This document shows positions 48,401 through 55,657 of a DNA stretch of 60,945 bases, one piece after another. Within the stretch, counting starts at the first letter, position 1, and every line of letters starts with the position of its first letter. The notes beneath the pieces were generated by a model that was given only the letters and a program-made list of their open reading frames with translations, did not search any database and was not told the origin of the DNA. Source of the DNA: Thermoguttaceae bacterium (lineage in GTDB: Bacteria; Planctomycetota; Planctomycetia; Pirellulales; Thermoguttaceae); assembly GCA_028694795.1 (NCBI GenBank), contig JAQVKF010000001.1, positions 1 to 60,945 of the forward strand. The letters are read 5' to 3'. The position numbers and the translations under genes are program-made.

Positions 48401-50917
48401 ATTAAAATCAAGGTTGCCGATAGCGTTGGTCTGACAACGACTCTATCCCATTCTGTTTTGGTCAAATCCATACCGGGAGCAGCCATTGAAGTGCCGCAGC
48501 CCGCTCCGGTAAACGTGGAAACGACGATCACTGGGGCGATTACGCAGGACGGTGTACCTGTGACCGATCAGGCGGGTTGGACGGTTGTGTGGAACTTTGG
48601 CGACACGACGAGCGATTCAACAGGGACGCTGACGCCGAAACATACGTATACTGTTCCGGGCGAATATACTGTTACGTTGAATGCCACCGATCCGGAAGGC
48701 CGTGCCGCGGCAGTTGCGACGCAAACGATTCTGGTCGAAGGAATTGCGGCGACCATTGATCGATGGTCTGACAAGCCCCTTTATCCGGGCGATCAGGAAT
48801 CGTTCTCCGTGAATGTGGAAAGTTGGGGGGAAGTTAGCGAGTTGAGCTACATTTGGTCGATGGGCTCGACGATTTTCTCCACGGATGAAAATGTGGAATA
48901 TACATTCACGAGCGCGGGAACGCACGCACTTTCGTTGACCGTAACGGATGGCACGTACAGTTCGACCGCCACGATGACGCTGACTGTTCATGCTGGTCCG
49001 ACCGCGACGGTTACCGCGGCAAGTTCGGGCATGACGGGCAAGGATATCGCATTCAAAACGACCATTAAACAGGATAATAAAACGGTTACCGATTTGCAAG
49101 GTTGGACGGTCGAGTGGGATTTCGGTGATGGTTCAGAGGTCGAAACGGGTGACTCGCTTACGCACAGATTCGAGACGGAGGGAACTTACTACGTTACGTT
49201 GACGGTGACCGATCCGGAAGGACGTGAAACGTCCTTGGAACATGAGATTGCGATGACGCAAACTCCTGAAATCGAAGTGCACAGTGTCGAATGTTCCGTA
49301 GACGGGATTATGCCAGAGGAAGAAGTTGAGTTTTGGCCCGATTTCGACACGCGTGGCGATGTCGGCGAGAATTTGAAATACTACTGGTATCTCGACGGTA
49401 CTCGTTTATCCTATGTTTCCACGTCACAAGATTATGTGACGCTGAGCTTCGAGGAATCTGGTGAACATACGATCAAGTGTCGCGTGTGGGAAGGTTTGGT
49501 TTATGGTGAAAGTGAAGTGACGGTGACGGTCAAATCGGCTCCAGAAGCGACGTTAAGCGTCTCGGCGGAGGTTCCACGTGTGGGCGATGAGGTCGCGTTC
49601 ACTGGTGTGGTGAGGCAGGATGGTCAGACAATCACCGATTTTACCAATTGGGCGTTTGCGTGGAATTTTGGCGGTACGAACACGATTACGACCACGACAC
49701 CGAATGCTGATTATAAGTTCACTTCCATGGGTACATACACGGTGACATTGACGTTGACCGATCCGGATGGACGAACCAATACGCAGACTTGCGTGGTCAC
49801 AGTCCAAGATACAATGTTGGAAGTTTCAATGGACTGGCCCAATGGTGCGCAACCGGGCAGCATAACCGATTTCGCGGCGGCGGTGACCAAATGGACCGGC
49901 GAGGAAACACTTTCCTACTATTGGTATCTCGGCGATTCGACAGAACCGTTTATGGAAGGATTAGAAGGGAGTTTCATCTTCACAGAGGTGGGCAATTACG
50001 CAGTTCGGTTCGTGGCGACGGATGGTGGCGAAAATACGGTGATGCGATTGCAAACGATCCATGTGGCCAGTGCGCCGGTGGCGACACTCACGACCTCGAC
50101 GACCGAGGCGAAAACGGGCGAAACCGTCTCACTTTCCGCCGCGATCACGCAGGATGGTCAGGAGGTGAATGACTTCACTGGTTGGACTTTCGCGTGGAAC
50201 TTTGCGGACGGTTCGTCGGATAATACGAGTCAGCCAGATGTGACCAAGGTGTGGAGCGCGGTGGGTGAATACACCGTGAAGTTGACGGCGACCGATCCCG
50301 AAGGTCGTAAGACGACGGCGGAGATCGGGATGAAGGTCACCCAGAGCGACTGGAAAGCCGTAGCCGCGATGACGGCTCCTGAATCCATTTCCGAAGGTTC
50401 CGAAGTGGAGTTGGTCCTTTCATTGACCGATGACGATGGAAATGCGATCACCGATTGGACCAATTATCAAATTGCCTGGGATTTTGGCGATCAAACCACA
50501 CAGACGGTTCAGATCGCTTCGACGGTGATGAAAACTTGGTCACGTAATGGTATGTACATGGTACATGCGACCATTACCAATCCGGATGGGCAATCGGTAC
50601 AGACGCAACTTGCGGTGAGCGTGCTGAATGTAGTACCTGTGGTGGCGTTCAGTAATGTTCCGGAGACGATTCGGGCAGGTGAAGTGGTGACGTTGGATGT
50701 GACCGTGACCGATCCCGGTGCCGATAGTTCTGTGATTCAATGGTATTTTGGCGGTGAAACAACTGCTTCGCGGACGGGGACGAAAGTGGTTTGTACGTTC
50801 GACGCGGCGGGTGATTATCTGATTCGTGTGACGGCAAACGATGGAATGGATATCGGTTCAGTGGAACGAACATTCACGGTACTTGCGGCGCAGGAAACGG
50901 ATGAAACCGAAGAGTAA
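39401..50917 (+). CDS. Giant extracellular repeat protein: FN3 + FG-GAP/VCBS + ~32 PKD-like domains + internal RTX-type Ca-binding repeats
   Basis: An uninterrupted ORF from 39359 (3,852 aa). I favour ATG 39401 (MTSETF...), but the start is uncertain. Domain motifs read directly from the translation: one FN3, five (D/N)xDGxxD(L/I)xxG FG-GAP/VCBS repeats, 19 W(N/D)FGD-type plus 13 Y.W(Y/F)L...PFAT-type PKD-like units, and six GGxGxD nonapeptides. Confidence 0.9.
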   Translation: MTSETFQRFWNSKGTFELTNRTNKRRRSNTFEQEIKRVRNFRFLFSKRIAAWSGAGKPAKKSDKSLAFGRGLLGGSGFRARLKRRLLCETLESRQLLSISQPLASCEFPVVEDTANTVSQESNAQTTITEEELQSVTSYLANTAYLGSTTDTAHADNTGDAQTAESQAAPVASDGSEMADVDISVLPSPENVTASAQNATTVQLNWTASDGASGYKIERLDSPSTEWTVAFSSSNSYTDRWLDSGTNYRYRVYALSGGETSEASDEVSVTTPTANRLLITDVMETETSITFQFSQEIDTDNFERMKDTALYLIPFGESVGSPISASEITYTSLSLTWTPKSGTIPASGNYTLELSAPCFQAEEGGTYLYGGIGGLRFSLVTLGSATLVQQDDQTLQDGSYSVPFWTDWNGDGLSDLVVGIQVVEGSTTVGKVKVHLNSGTATNPKFLAEDAFFVQYQGSDLTVASSGCLGAFSLMSDYDGDGKADLWIGQSDGSIWIYRNTGTASNPLFTTTRVQVKSETEAGYLTENLNVGNRAAFSIADINDDGRMEIYIGNVNGQIFYANEESSLGDGVFSYPQDLLIDGDAVKVDVGRTSPVIVDLNNDGRLDLVVGDTNGYLWFFENVGTTAQATFLEPVLLTTSDGVLIKLSGRSRPTAGDYNGDGRVDLLVGCSDGTVSVFLNEGWGSAENGSIINWDTTSTTFNYVTHLPLSDAGDIVITPTWPTVVTTGEMATFAAQATGGTGTLVYKWYVDDATTPFATSNAASYTFTDYATHTIKLVVSDADGKSSETSRTFVVKTRPSIAVTNPGSHQVNTSVTFTGTLSQNSQSITDLTGWTVTWNFGDESENVNGTLTPAHTYASAGTYTVTMTAVDLDGRSSIATQTIVINADQELTITPVWPLAVVPGQGAAFLVTASGGVGDLSYAWYLDGSDTPFATTSSAAYTFTESGSYSVRIVVTDSETHSKDVTQTITVKGTPVETIADPGTQKIGESTTFVGTLSQDGQSVTDLIGWTISWDFGDGSEKVTGTLTPAHTFVSVGTYTVTMKAIDSEGRSSVVTQSVVVSDSSVIAVTPTWPTAVTVGKEATFAATAGGTGCLTFAWYLGDATEPFATGTSVTHTFDAKGSYSITLKVTDSQSGTASVQKTISVHTSPEASIQEPGAVYAENEYAFTGSLSQDGANVTDLAGWTVTWNFGDGSEAVSGTLLQSHTYAEEGTYTVTMKATDSEGRIGTYERTITVKPASSHWNVTPEIVVPSGMKEGTEATITLKLTDAEGNEITDFTNVTVTWVFSDSNTPVTVTGASTVKKTWTQDGMYTVSVIATNGGGQKTTEKDAAVVVENMAPIVEFIDMPESITAGVPVDLYVKVTDPSSSDNAVVSWYFDGSTTLSNIGTHIRYSFTTSGEHTIRVTANDGTAIGEATITVNVLASKAPTAAITMPGQIVENVEATLNGTLTVDGKEITKEDEAFKDYTVTWNFGDSTAVTTGTLKPVHTYTAVGEYTVTLTIKYNADTSLTSTQTVTVNVVSAVTPTGSITPPSGEIIAGSESTFTGTMMVGGKEITKDDEAFKNYTVTWNFGDGSDVVTGTLNPMHTYPSAGNYTVTMKIVYNADTTISDTKTVKVNVISQVAPVGTITPPDRVVAGEESTFTGSFKVNDQDVTEADEKFGDYTVTWDFGDGSQVVTGTLNPMHTYPSAGNYTVTMKIVYNADTTISNTKTVKVTVLSDKTPTGSITAPDKIVKGDAAAFTGTMTVGGEEITKDDEAFKDYTVTWNFGDGSDVVTGTLNPTHTYTSAGNYTVTMKIVYNADTTISNTVTVSVTVEKSVNEPDLDEVTVTLPEYVVPYQPANLTITVPDDADVTWTATVDWGDGSEIVKVNSKSDLNVWHAYQKTGDYEIKIIVGTQEFTTERTITESLNVRYGISQGADPHHSDETSIFIALSPEQTRVILEQNKATGERWLRCVNDRTKIQLDKPTSGGQLYIYASDQSSSISVTSLVTSKVTIIGGAGNDYILGGSGTNVLVGGEGNDWLFGGVGNGTLLGLGGNDRLITSHGYNVLVGGTGNNRLGAYSGNDLLVAGSTSYDDISASATHASAKINFVAYEAIFSEWMSGVSLSNRQTAITSGVGENDAYKLVPEETVFGVGTNLIVGGHGNSWIVATKATDPIVSLTKPGTITAGKETTFTGSITQNGVKITNTKGWTITWDFGDGSTDTTGTLTPKHTYTKAVSYTVRLTTTDPKGRSGSATKTITVAAASEIAVVPTWPSAVTTGTVTTFKAAATGGSGSYTYKWFLGSATTAFATGSSVNYTFTTSGTYTVKLVVSDTAGKSTTISKEFSVKSAPTLVVTAPESPKANAVGTYTGTITQDGKAVTDLTGWTVEWNFGDQTSKVTGTLTPTHTYAQGGTYTITMTATDSGGRKATKTLSVVVDTSLVVVTWPDAGVEPNKEITCAATPSKTGSEQNYHWLVNGVSAGNESTLKHTFTESGDYIITLEVTEGSKTETITHTVPVKLAPVPVVNNPGNVVVKKDVPFTGSISQDGKAVTALTGWTIKWNFGDQSEVVTGTLTPKHQYASTGEYTVTLTTTDSEGRTGSTTYKVNVIESSNITITPTWPTAVIPNNAVAFSATATGGVGALTYAWYQDNISTPFATTSSVSRAFTAVGTYMIKLVVTGTDGSTASVSKEIVVRTSPTLTLDAPESVKASDGAAFTGTITQNSTVITDLTGWTVTWNFGDESDAANGTLTPVHTYTEAGTYTVTFTATDSDGRTATQTASLVVTTNLVTVEWPTIGVKPNDNITCTANPIDPESELVYTWKIDGAAMSNTSTLIHIFDTAGSYTVTLDVTKGNQTESYTHTIVVKSSPEASITNPGVLTVDETNDFLATLTQDGGTIADLTGWTISWNFGDASDVVTGTLAPEHTYTEAGNYTISFTTTDSEGRMITVTREVVVSEAITLAPTWPSAVTPGKSIDFTVTAEGGTGELTYAWYLDDATEPFATTAEANYTFTDAGTYTIKIKVADSVGLTTTLSHSVLVKSIPGAAIEVPQPAPVNVETTITGAITQDGVPVTDQAGWTVVWNFGDTTSDSTGTLTPKHTYTVPGEYTVTLNATDPEGRAAAVATQTILVEGIAATIDRWSDKPLYPGDQESFSVNVESWGEVSELSYIWSMGSTIFSTDENVEYTFTSAGTHALSLTVTDGTYSSTATMTLTVHAGPTATVTAASSGMTGKDIAFKTTIKQDNKTVTDLQGWTVEWDFGDGSEVETGDSLTHRFETEGTYYVTLTVTDPEGRETSLEHEIAMTQTPEIEVHSVECSVDGIMPEEEVEFWPDFDTRGDVGENLKYYWYLDGTRLSYVSTSQDYVTLSFEESGEHTIKCRVWEGLVYGESEVTVTVKSAPEATLSVSAEVPRVGDEVAFTGVVRQDGQTITDFTNWAFAWNFGGTNTITTTTPNADYKFTSMGTYTVTLTLTDPDGRTNTQTCVVTVQDTMLEVSMDWPNGAQPGSITDFAAAVTKWTGEETLSYYWYLGDSTEPFMEGLEGSFIFTEVGNYAVRFVATDGGENTVMRLQTIHVASAPVATLTTSTTEAKTGETVSLSAAITQDGQEVNDFTGWTFAWNFADGSSDNTSQPDVTKVWSAVGEYTVKLTATDPEGRKTTAEIGMKVTQSDWKAVAAMTAPESISEGSEVELVLSLTDDDGNAITDWTNYQIAWDFGDQTTQTVQIASTVMKTWSRNGMYMVHATITNPDGQSVQTQLAVSVLNVVPVVAFSNVPETIRAGEVVTLDVTVTDPGADSSVIQWYFGGETTASRTGTKVVCTFDAAGDYLIRVTANDGMDIGSVERTFTVLAAQETDETEE
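39959..40213 (+). other. Fibronectin type III domain within the giant ORF
   Basis: PSPENVTASAQNATTVQLNWTASDGASGYKIERLD...YTDRWLDSGTNYRYRVYAL...SDEVSVTT. Confidence 0.8.
40612..41450 (+). other. FG-GAP/VCBS (integrin-alpha-like beta-propeller) repeat region within the giant ORF
   Basis: WTDWNGDGLSDLVVG; SDYDGDGKADLWIGQSDGSIWIYRNTG; ADINDDGRMEIYIGNVNGQIFY; VDLNNDGRLDLVVGDTNGYLWFFENVG; GDYNGDGRVDLLVGCSDGTVSVFLNEG. Confidence 0.8.
43676..44851 (+). repeat. Four in-frame tandem repeats (291-297 bp, ~98 aa each) inside the giant ORF
   Basis: Units start at 43676, 43967, 44264 and 44558. Units 2-4 are near-identical at the DNA level. A 59-nt run (GGTACGCTCAATCCGATGCATACG...CACGATGAA) is identical between units 2 and 3. 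A 65-nt run (TCTGCCGGGAATTATACC...TTTCCAACAC) is identical between units 3 and 4. Confidence 0.9.
45389..45615 (+). other. RTX/hemolysin-type calcium-binding nonapeptide block (beta-roll) in the middle of the giant ORF
   Basis: GGAGNDYIL GGSGTNVLV GGEGNDWLF GGVGNGTLL GLGGNDRLI ... GGTGNNRLG AYSGNDLLV. Confidence 0.8.
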
Positions 50918-50938
50918 TCGTGAGTGAGTGAATGAGGT

Positions 50939-50976
50939 ATGCAGCGTCACCAGTCGTGGCGGCTGCATTTTTTTTA
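50939..50976 (+). terminator. Intrinsic terminator after the giant ORF
   Basis: ATGCAGC (50939-50945) pairs with GCTGCAT (50962-50968), followed by an 8-nt T-run, 22 nt after the TAA at 50915-50917. Confidence 0.7.
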
Positions 50977-51101
50977 TAAATTTATCCCTGTCCACTTTGC
51001 GTTTCCATACGCAATTTTTCGTTGTGAAATTGCCCGTGGCTGAGTTCAAGTTTATCATGTTTTCAAATGGAACGAATTTAGATTCCGATTGGAAGTGAAC
51101 C

Positions 51102-52004
51102 ATGAGAAAAGAGTCCAATTTTGCGGTCATTCTTCCAGCGGCTGGTCGAAGCCGACGATTTCTATCTCCTGTGAACGTGGCCACAAGTGATACTGTGTCT
51201 TGGACCGATTTGAAAAAAGTGTACACGTTTTTGCTCGATCGTCCGGTTTGGAGCTTTGCGACGGAACTTTTCGCGAAACGAGAGGATGTGGCGAAAATAC
51301 TACTCGTGATCGCTCCGGAAGACCAGGAATGTTTGCGACAACAACTCGCTCGGCTGGTCGCGGACGGACACACCGCGTTGCGGCGGGTGGAACTGGTCCA
51401 TGGTGGGGCGGAGCGAAGCGATTCAATTCGTAATGCGATTGGGCGATTGCTCGAAACGGATACGGACAGTGGTATCGGTTGGATCGCGGTACACGACGCG
51501 GCAAGACCCTGTATTACGGCCGGAGAGATTGATCGGATATTTATGACTGCTCGACAATGTCGTGCGGTCATTCCCGCGATTCCGGTGGCTGCGACACTTA
51601 AACGTGAACGGATGATTTTCGATTCGGATGAAATAGGAAAAGAGGAGAATGGCCAGATATTCAAAAGTTCACCGATGAATGAAAAAATATCCATGAATGA
51701 AAAAAAACAGATGAACGAAACGACATGGATTGGTGAAACGGTTTCACGAAAAGGATTGTGGGAGGCTCAGACGCCTCAGGTGTTTGAAAAATCAATTTTA
51801 GTCGAAGCCTATCGTCAAGCGGAATGGGACACAGATCATTCGACCGCGGTGCTACCGACCGATGACGCTCAGCTGGTTGAGCGATTGGGCGTACCGGTTG
51901 CCATGGTCCGCTGCTCGTCCATGAATCTCAAAATTACCACCCAGGAAGATTTACGCCTAGCGGAAGCAATTTTGCGGAGCCGACTTCCCACCGATCCGTC
52001 CTAA
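51102..52004 (+). CDS. ispD: 2-C-methyl-D-erythritol 4-phosphate cytidylyltransferase (MEP pathway) with a ~45-aa insertion
   Basis: AVILPAAGRSRRF...VHGGAERSDS...IAVHDAARPCI...IPAIPVA.TLKR...LWEAQTPQVF...TDDAQLVE..G..V..V.....N.KIT...DL. Confidence 0.9.
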   Translation: MRKESNFAVILPAAGRSRRFLSPVNVATSDTVSWTDLKKVYTFLLDRPVWSFATELFAKREDVAKILLVIAPEDQECLRQQLARLVADGHTALRRVELVHGGAERSDSIRNAIGRLLETDTDSGIGWIAVHDAARPCITAGEIDRIFMTARQCRAVIPAIPVAATLKRERMIFDSDEIGKEENGQIFKSSPMNEKISMNEKKQMNETTWIGETVSRKGLWEAQTPQVFEKSILVEAYRQAEWDTDHSTAVLPTDDAQLVERLGVPVAMVRCSSMNLKITTQEDLRLAEAILRSRLPTDPS

Positions 52005-54091
52005 CCATGGCTCGTTTCCGGTGGTGACGGGGCGGTTTCTTCTTCGGCAAGAACCTCAAATGGAGCGAGTTCTTCGAGCGATGGCCCCGAAACCACGTGC
52101 CCCGTCCAGAGAATGAACGCCGATTCGCCCAACTGATCGACCCATTCGAGACCGAGTTTCATTCGTTGAGCGAGTGGCAATACGACGACCAGCCGTTTTG
52201 CTCCGTTGAGCGGTTCTGGCGATAGTGCGTAGAAAAAATCGAGGTAACTCGTGGTTTCGTAACAGGTTGCGAGCAGTGTTTCCAATATTTCCGGCGTTAA
52301 TCGCTCTTCGTGCGCTGCGGGTATGAGAAAAATTTCGCAAGACGTGTGAGGTGAATCGGTCAGCACTTGGCGAATGAGCTGTTGGATTTTCGGTACGATA
52401 CCCGGTTTTGAAAAATCCAAACTCCGAAAAATTAGGATTAAATGTCCACCACGGTGGATGACCGCGGGCAATACGGAGGAAATGTGCGTTTCAATATTTT
52501 GTGATTTTTCAGTCTGAACTAAATTGGGCAAATGGTCCAAATCGACGACGACTTCCGAGAGCATGTTGCTGTCCGTAGGGACGGTCCGTGTCGTTTTAGA
52601 GCGTGGTGACCGTGTCAAAGAGCGCGGCAGCGTGGGGAGCGGAGGAAGATCGAAAGTGATCCTGAACCGTTCTTCCGCTTCTTGAAATAAATCAATTAAA
52701 TCTTGCGTCTGGAGCGTTTGCGTTTCGAGGATGGTATAAGGCGGGCGAGGCTGAAAACGCAATCCCAACGCGGCCGCGTGGCGTCGAAACTCGGTACCAG
52801 GAAGTACTGAAAGATGAAAAATCTGGACCTCTGTCCATTGCTCACGCATCGCTTCGAGCTGATCAAAACCGCGTCGAATTGATTCCACGGTATCGCCCGG
52901 CAGACCGAGAATCAGATCAATACGAACCTGGATACTGGCACGCCGTAATTCACGACAACCCACCTCGAGTTTGGGCAGATTGACGTGGCGACCGGCCAGA
53001 CGCTGAGTTGTCGGATCGACTGTTTGCAGACCGACTTCTACCTCATAAAAACCCGCCGCGGCAAGGAGTTCCGCGATTTCTTGCGTCACACTTTCCGCAC
53101 GCAATTCGCCAAAAAGCGAAAAACGACGTGTGATAGTACCATCCGGGCGGCGTTCGATTCGGTTGTGTTTGGCAAAAATTTCGAGAAAATCGATAAAATC
53201 GGGCCGCTGATTAAGCGTCGGGTCGAGCAGCACGATCTCCTGCACGCCACGTTCACACGCCCATGATACCATGCGGTCCACTTCTTCTAGCGGCAAATAA
53301 GATTGCTCCGCGAAACCTTTTGGATAGTAGCAAAATCGACATCGATAACAGCAGCCTCGCATCGTCTCCAGAAAAAGCGGATATTCTGGACCACAAGGCA
53401 AAATACCACTCCGATAGGGTGATTCGATATTTCCCAACTGAACCGGAACCGAGACAGAAGTCCATGGGTCTAACGCATTGGAGGGGGAGTATGGAAGAAA
53501 AATTCCACCTGGAATGGTTGAAGGAGACGATTGGCTCATGAGAGTTGAAACCGTCCGGGCGACTCCATTAGGGTCGGAAGTGAGCGGAATGTCGATTGCG
53601 GATGTCGAGCGGTTGGTTAGAAACCATCGTAAAAAACGCACGAACGTTTCTTCGCCCTCTCCGATACAGATAAAATCGGCCACTTCCGTTCGCAAGATAC
53701 GTTCGTTATCGGTGGTAATTTCCGGCCCACCCAACAGGATGACCAACTCAGGACACTGTTCTTTGAGACGCTTTGCAAGTTCAAGGGTGCGTTCGATATT
53801 CCACAAAAAACAGGAAAAACCCACAATCTGCGGTTGACGCCGCAAAATGGCCGCGACCACACCCGCATCGCAAAGACGATATTCTTCATCGCCAGGCTGG
53901 ACGATATCGATATCAAAATCAGTTGCCTCGGCGGAACTGTGGGATGCGGCGGAACCGAGCGTTGTCAGCCCCGCTTGATAAGCTGCCTGCTTAAGATACC
54001 CTGCCGCGAGGGGAATATTTTCCTCACGTACCTCCGCTCCGGGTGGTTGTGGAATCGGAAGCTGCAACAAAACCACTCGATATCGCGACAT
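52001..54091 (-). CDS. B12-binding-domain radical SAM protein (with a long C-terminal extension, DUF4080-like)
   Basis: An N-terminal cobalamin-binding-like Rossmann segment (...IVGFSCFLWN...LVILLGGPEIT...ADFICIGEGEETF) and the radical SAM cluster motif ETMRGCCYRCRFCYYP (CxxxCxxC). About 280 aa follow the core. Confidence 0.85.
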   Translation of the reverse strand: MSRYRVVLLQLPIPQPPGAEVREENIPLAAGYLKQAAYQAGLTTLGSAASHSSAEATDFDIDIVQPGDEEYRLCDAGVVAAILRRQPQIVGFSCFLWNIERTLELAKRLKEQCPELVILLGGPEITTDNERILRTEVADFICIGEGEETFVRFLRWFLTNRSTSAIDIPLTSDPNGVARTVSTLMSQSSPSTIPGGIFLPYSPSNALDPWTSVSVPVQLGNIESPYRSGILPCGPEYPLFLETMRGCCYRCRFCYYPKGFAEQSYLPLEEVDRMVSWACERGVQEIVLLDPTLNQRPDFIDFLEIFAKHNRIERRPDGTITRRFSLFGELRAESVTQEIAELLAAAGFYEVEVGLQTVDPTTQRLAGRHVNLPKLEVGCRELRRASIQVRIDLILGLPGDTVESIRRGFDQLEAMREQWTEVQIFHLSVLPGTEFRRHAAALGLRFQPRPPYTILETQTLQTQDLIDLFQEAEERFRITFDLPPLPTLPRSLTRSPRSKTTRTVPTDSNMLSEVVVDLDHLPNLVQTEKSQNIETHISSVLPAVIHRGGHLILIFRSLDFSKPGIVPKIQQLIRQVLTDSPHTSCEIFLIPAAHEERLTPEILETLLATCYETTSYLDFFYALSPEPLNGAKRLVVVLPLAQRMKLGLEWVDQLGESAFILWTGHVVSGPSLEELAPFEVLAEEETAPSPPETSHG

Positions 54092-54173
54092 GGAGACATC
54101 CGCTCCTTCACCTGAAAATAAAAAACGTCATCCCGATGGTCCACGATCACAAAATCGTGCCGCGAGAAACTTG

Positions 54174-55553
54174 CTATTGCAAGCAGTAGCGATTTGCAAT
54201 CGTGATGCCGGACATGAGCGAACCGATAATGCCAACCATACCCTGATCGGTACCACAAAGAAACAGATTGTCCAAGTGGGTTCGCCCATCATAACGCTTG
54301 ACCGGCGCCCCGTAGATTGCCCCGTGGATGCGACCGGTGAACCGTCGGATGGTTTTGGGCGTAAAGATCTCCGTATCCGTCACATAAGGACGAAAATCGG
54401 GCACAAGCGACATCGCCGATGCGTTAATCCGTTCTGACCATCGGTTTTTCTCCGACCTATAATCGGTTGGCGAGAGTTCGTTCCAACGTTCGTGACCAGC
54501 TAGTGCCGTAATACGAATGGAATGTTCTTCCAATGGCTGGTCGTAACGGTAATTATCCGGACAGCAAATCAGGCCTGAACGTAAATCGGCGAAATCGCTG
54601 GTCGGTTCATAATGGAAAAATGGCGTATGCGAGAAAAACGTCGCGGTGTCATCAATGCCCAACTTCGCTGGCTCACGATCGAGTGACGAAATAATCTCCA
54701 TGAACGCGAGTTCGCCCGCCGTCGCCGTCGGTTGTGAATTCGGCCCACCTCCATCGCACATCCGTAACGTTTCCGGCCAACCCGCCGAGGAAAGTATCTG
54801 CTTGGCTTCCACCTCCGTTCCGTCATCCAATATCACCGAACGAATCAGGTCTTTTTCGACCACGAGTCGCGATACCCCCGTTTTGAGACGAAGCTCGCCA
54901 CCCATGCCGCAAAAACGCTCCATTAAGCGACATAATATCTGACGAATTCCCGAACGCGGACGTCCAAAGCCTTCTAGGTAAATCGAACGAAAGAGAATCG
55001 AAAATTGACCAAAATCCAGGTCGCGACCGCGCGGGCCGCCATAAAATAGAAGTGGACAAAAAAGCATTTCTTCCAGTTGCGAGTCGGTAATGAACTCTCG
55101 AACGACCGAACGGGCTGAAACATTGCATTCAGGCGAACCTAGTTGGGCATATTCCGCTACGTGACCGATTAAACGCTCGAAACCGTCTATCTGGTCCGGA
55201 AAACGCTCACGAATCTCCGATTTTAACTGTTCGATATCGTTGGTAAAGCGGAGTTTGCAGTCCGGAAAACGGATGGACGATCCCTTTTGCGGAACGAGCG
55301 AGAAGTCGTCCCACGAAATCCGAAGTTGGCGTAACATCTTACTGAGCGGACCACGCATACCACGCGGCGCGTAATTCGTCACCACATGTAAACCGACTTC
55401 AATCAGTCGATTCCCACGTCGGTAGAACGAGTTCATTCCCCCAATTTCGCGTTGACGCTCTAACATCAACACACGTTGGCCATAATGCGCCAGGCGTATT
55501 CCTGCCGCAAGTCCTGACATTCCCGCACCAATAATAATTGCGTCGTATTTCAT
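54174..55553 (-). CDS. NAD(P)/FAD-dependent oxidoreductase, phytoene-desaturase (CrtI)/amine-oxidase-like
   Basis: MKYDAIIIGAGMSGLAAGIRLAHYGQRVLMLE dinucleotide-binding motif, and a C-terminal ...LFLCGTDQGMVGIIGSLMSGI motif typical of the family. Confidence 0.8.
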   Translation of the reverse strand: MKYDAIIIGAGMSGLAAGIRLAHYGQRVLMLERQREIGGMNSFYRRGNRLIEVGLHVVTNYAPRGMRGPLSKMLRQLRISWDDFSLVPQKGSSIRFPDCKLRFTNDIEQLKSEIRERFPDQIDGFERLIGHVAEYAQLGSPECNVSARSVVREFITDSQLEEMLFCPLLFYGGPRGRDLDFGQFSILFRSIYLEGFGRPRSGIRQILCRLMERFCGMGGELRLKTGVSRLVVEKDLIRSVILDDGTEVEAKQILSSAGWPETLRMCDGGGPNSQPTATAGELAFMEIISSLDREPAKLGIDDTATFFSHTPFFHYEPTSDFADLRSGLICCPDNYRYDQPLEEHSIRITALAGHERWNELSPTDYRSEKNRWSERINASAMSLVPDFRPYVTDTEIFTPKTIRRFTGRIHGAIYGAPVKRYDGRTHLDNLFLCGTDQGMVGIIGSLMSGITIANRYCLQ

Positions 55554-55657
55554 GTCTATGATTATAACTACTCGAATAGGAAATGAAACCGATTGCCCGT
55601 CTGATCAAATGATTTTCATCGAAAATGCCTCAAGACGAAGCGAATTTTTTTGCTAGG

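Noticed and set aside
40383-50873. Dozens of 60-270-aa antisense or out-of-frame ORFs inside the giant gene (for example 44420-45049 and 46799-47608).
   Set aside because: The repetitive, T/G/D/V-rich coding sequence depletes stop codons in other frames. The translations are R/G/H/N-rich nonsense and repeat with the same period as the PKD units.
50858-51694. A 278-aa minus-strand ORF overlapping the end of the giant gene, the terminator and ispD.
   Set aside because: It runs through a strong terminator hairpin and is antisense to a canonical ispD. It has no motif.
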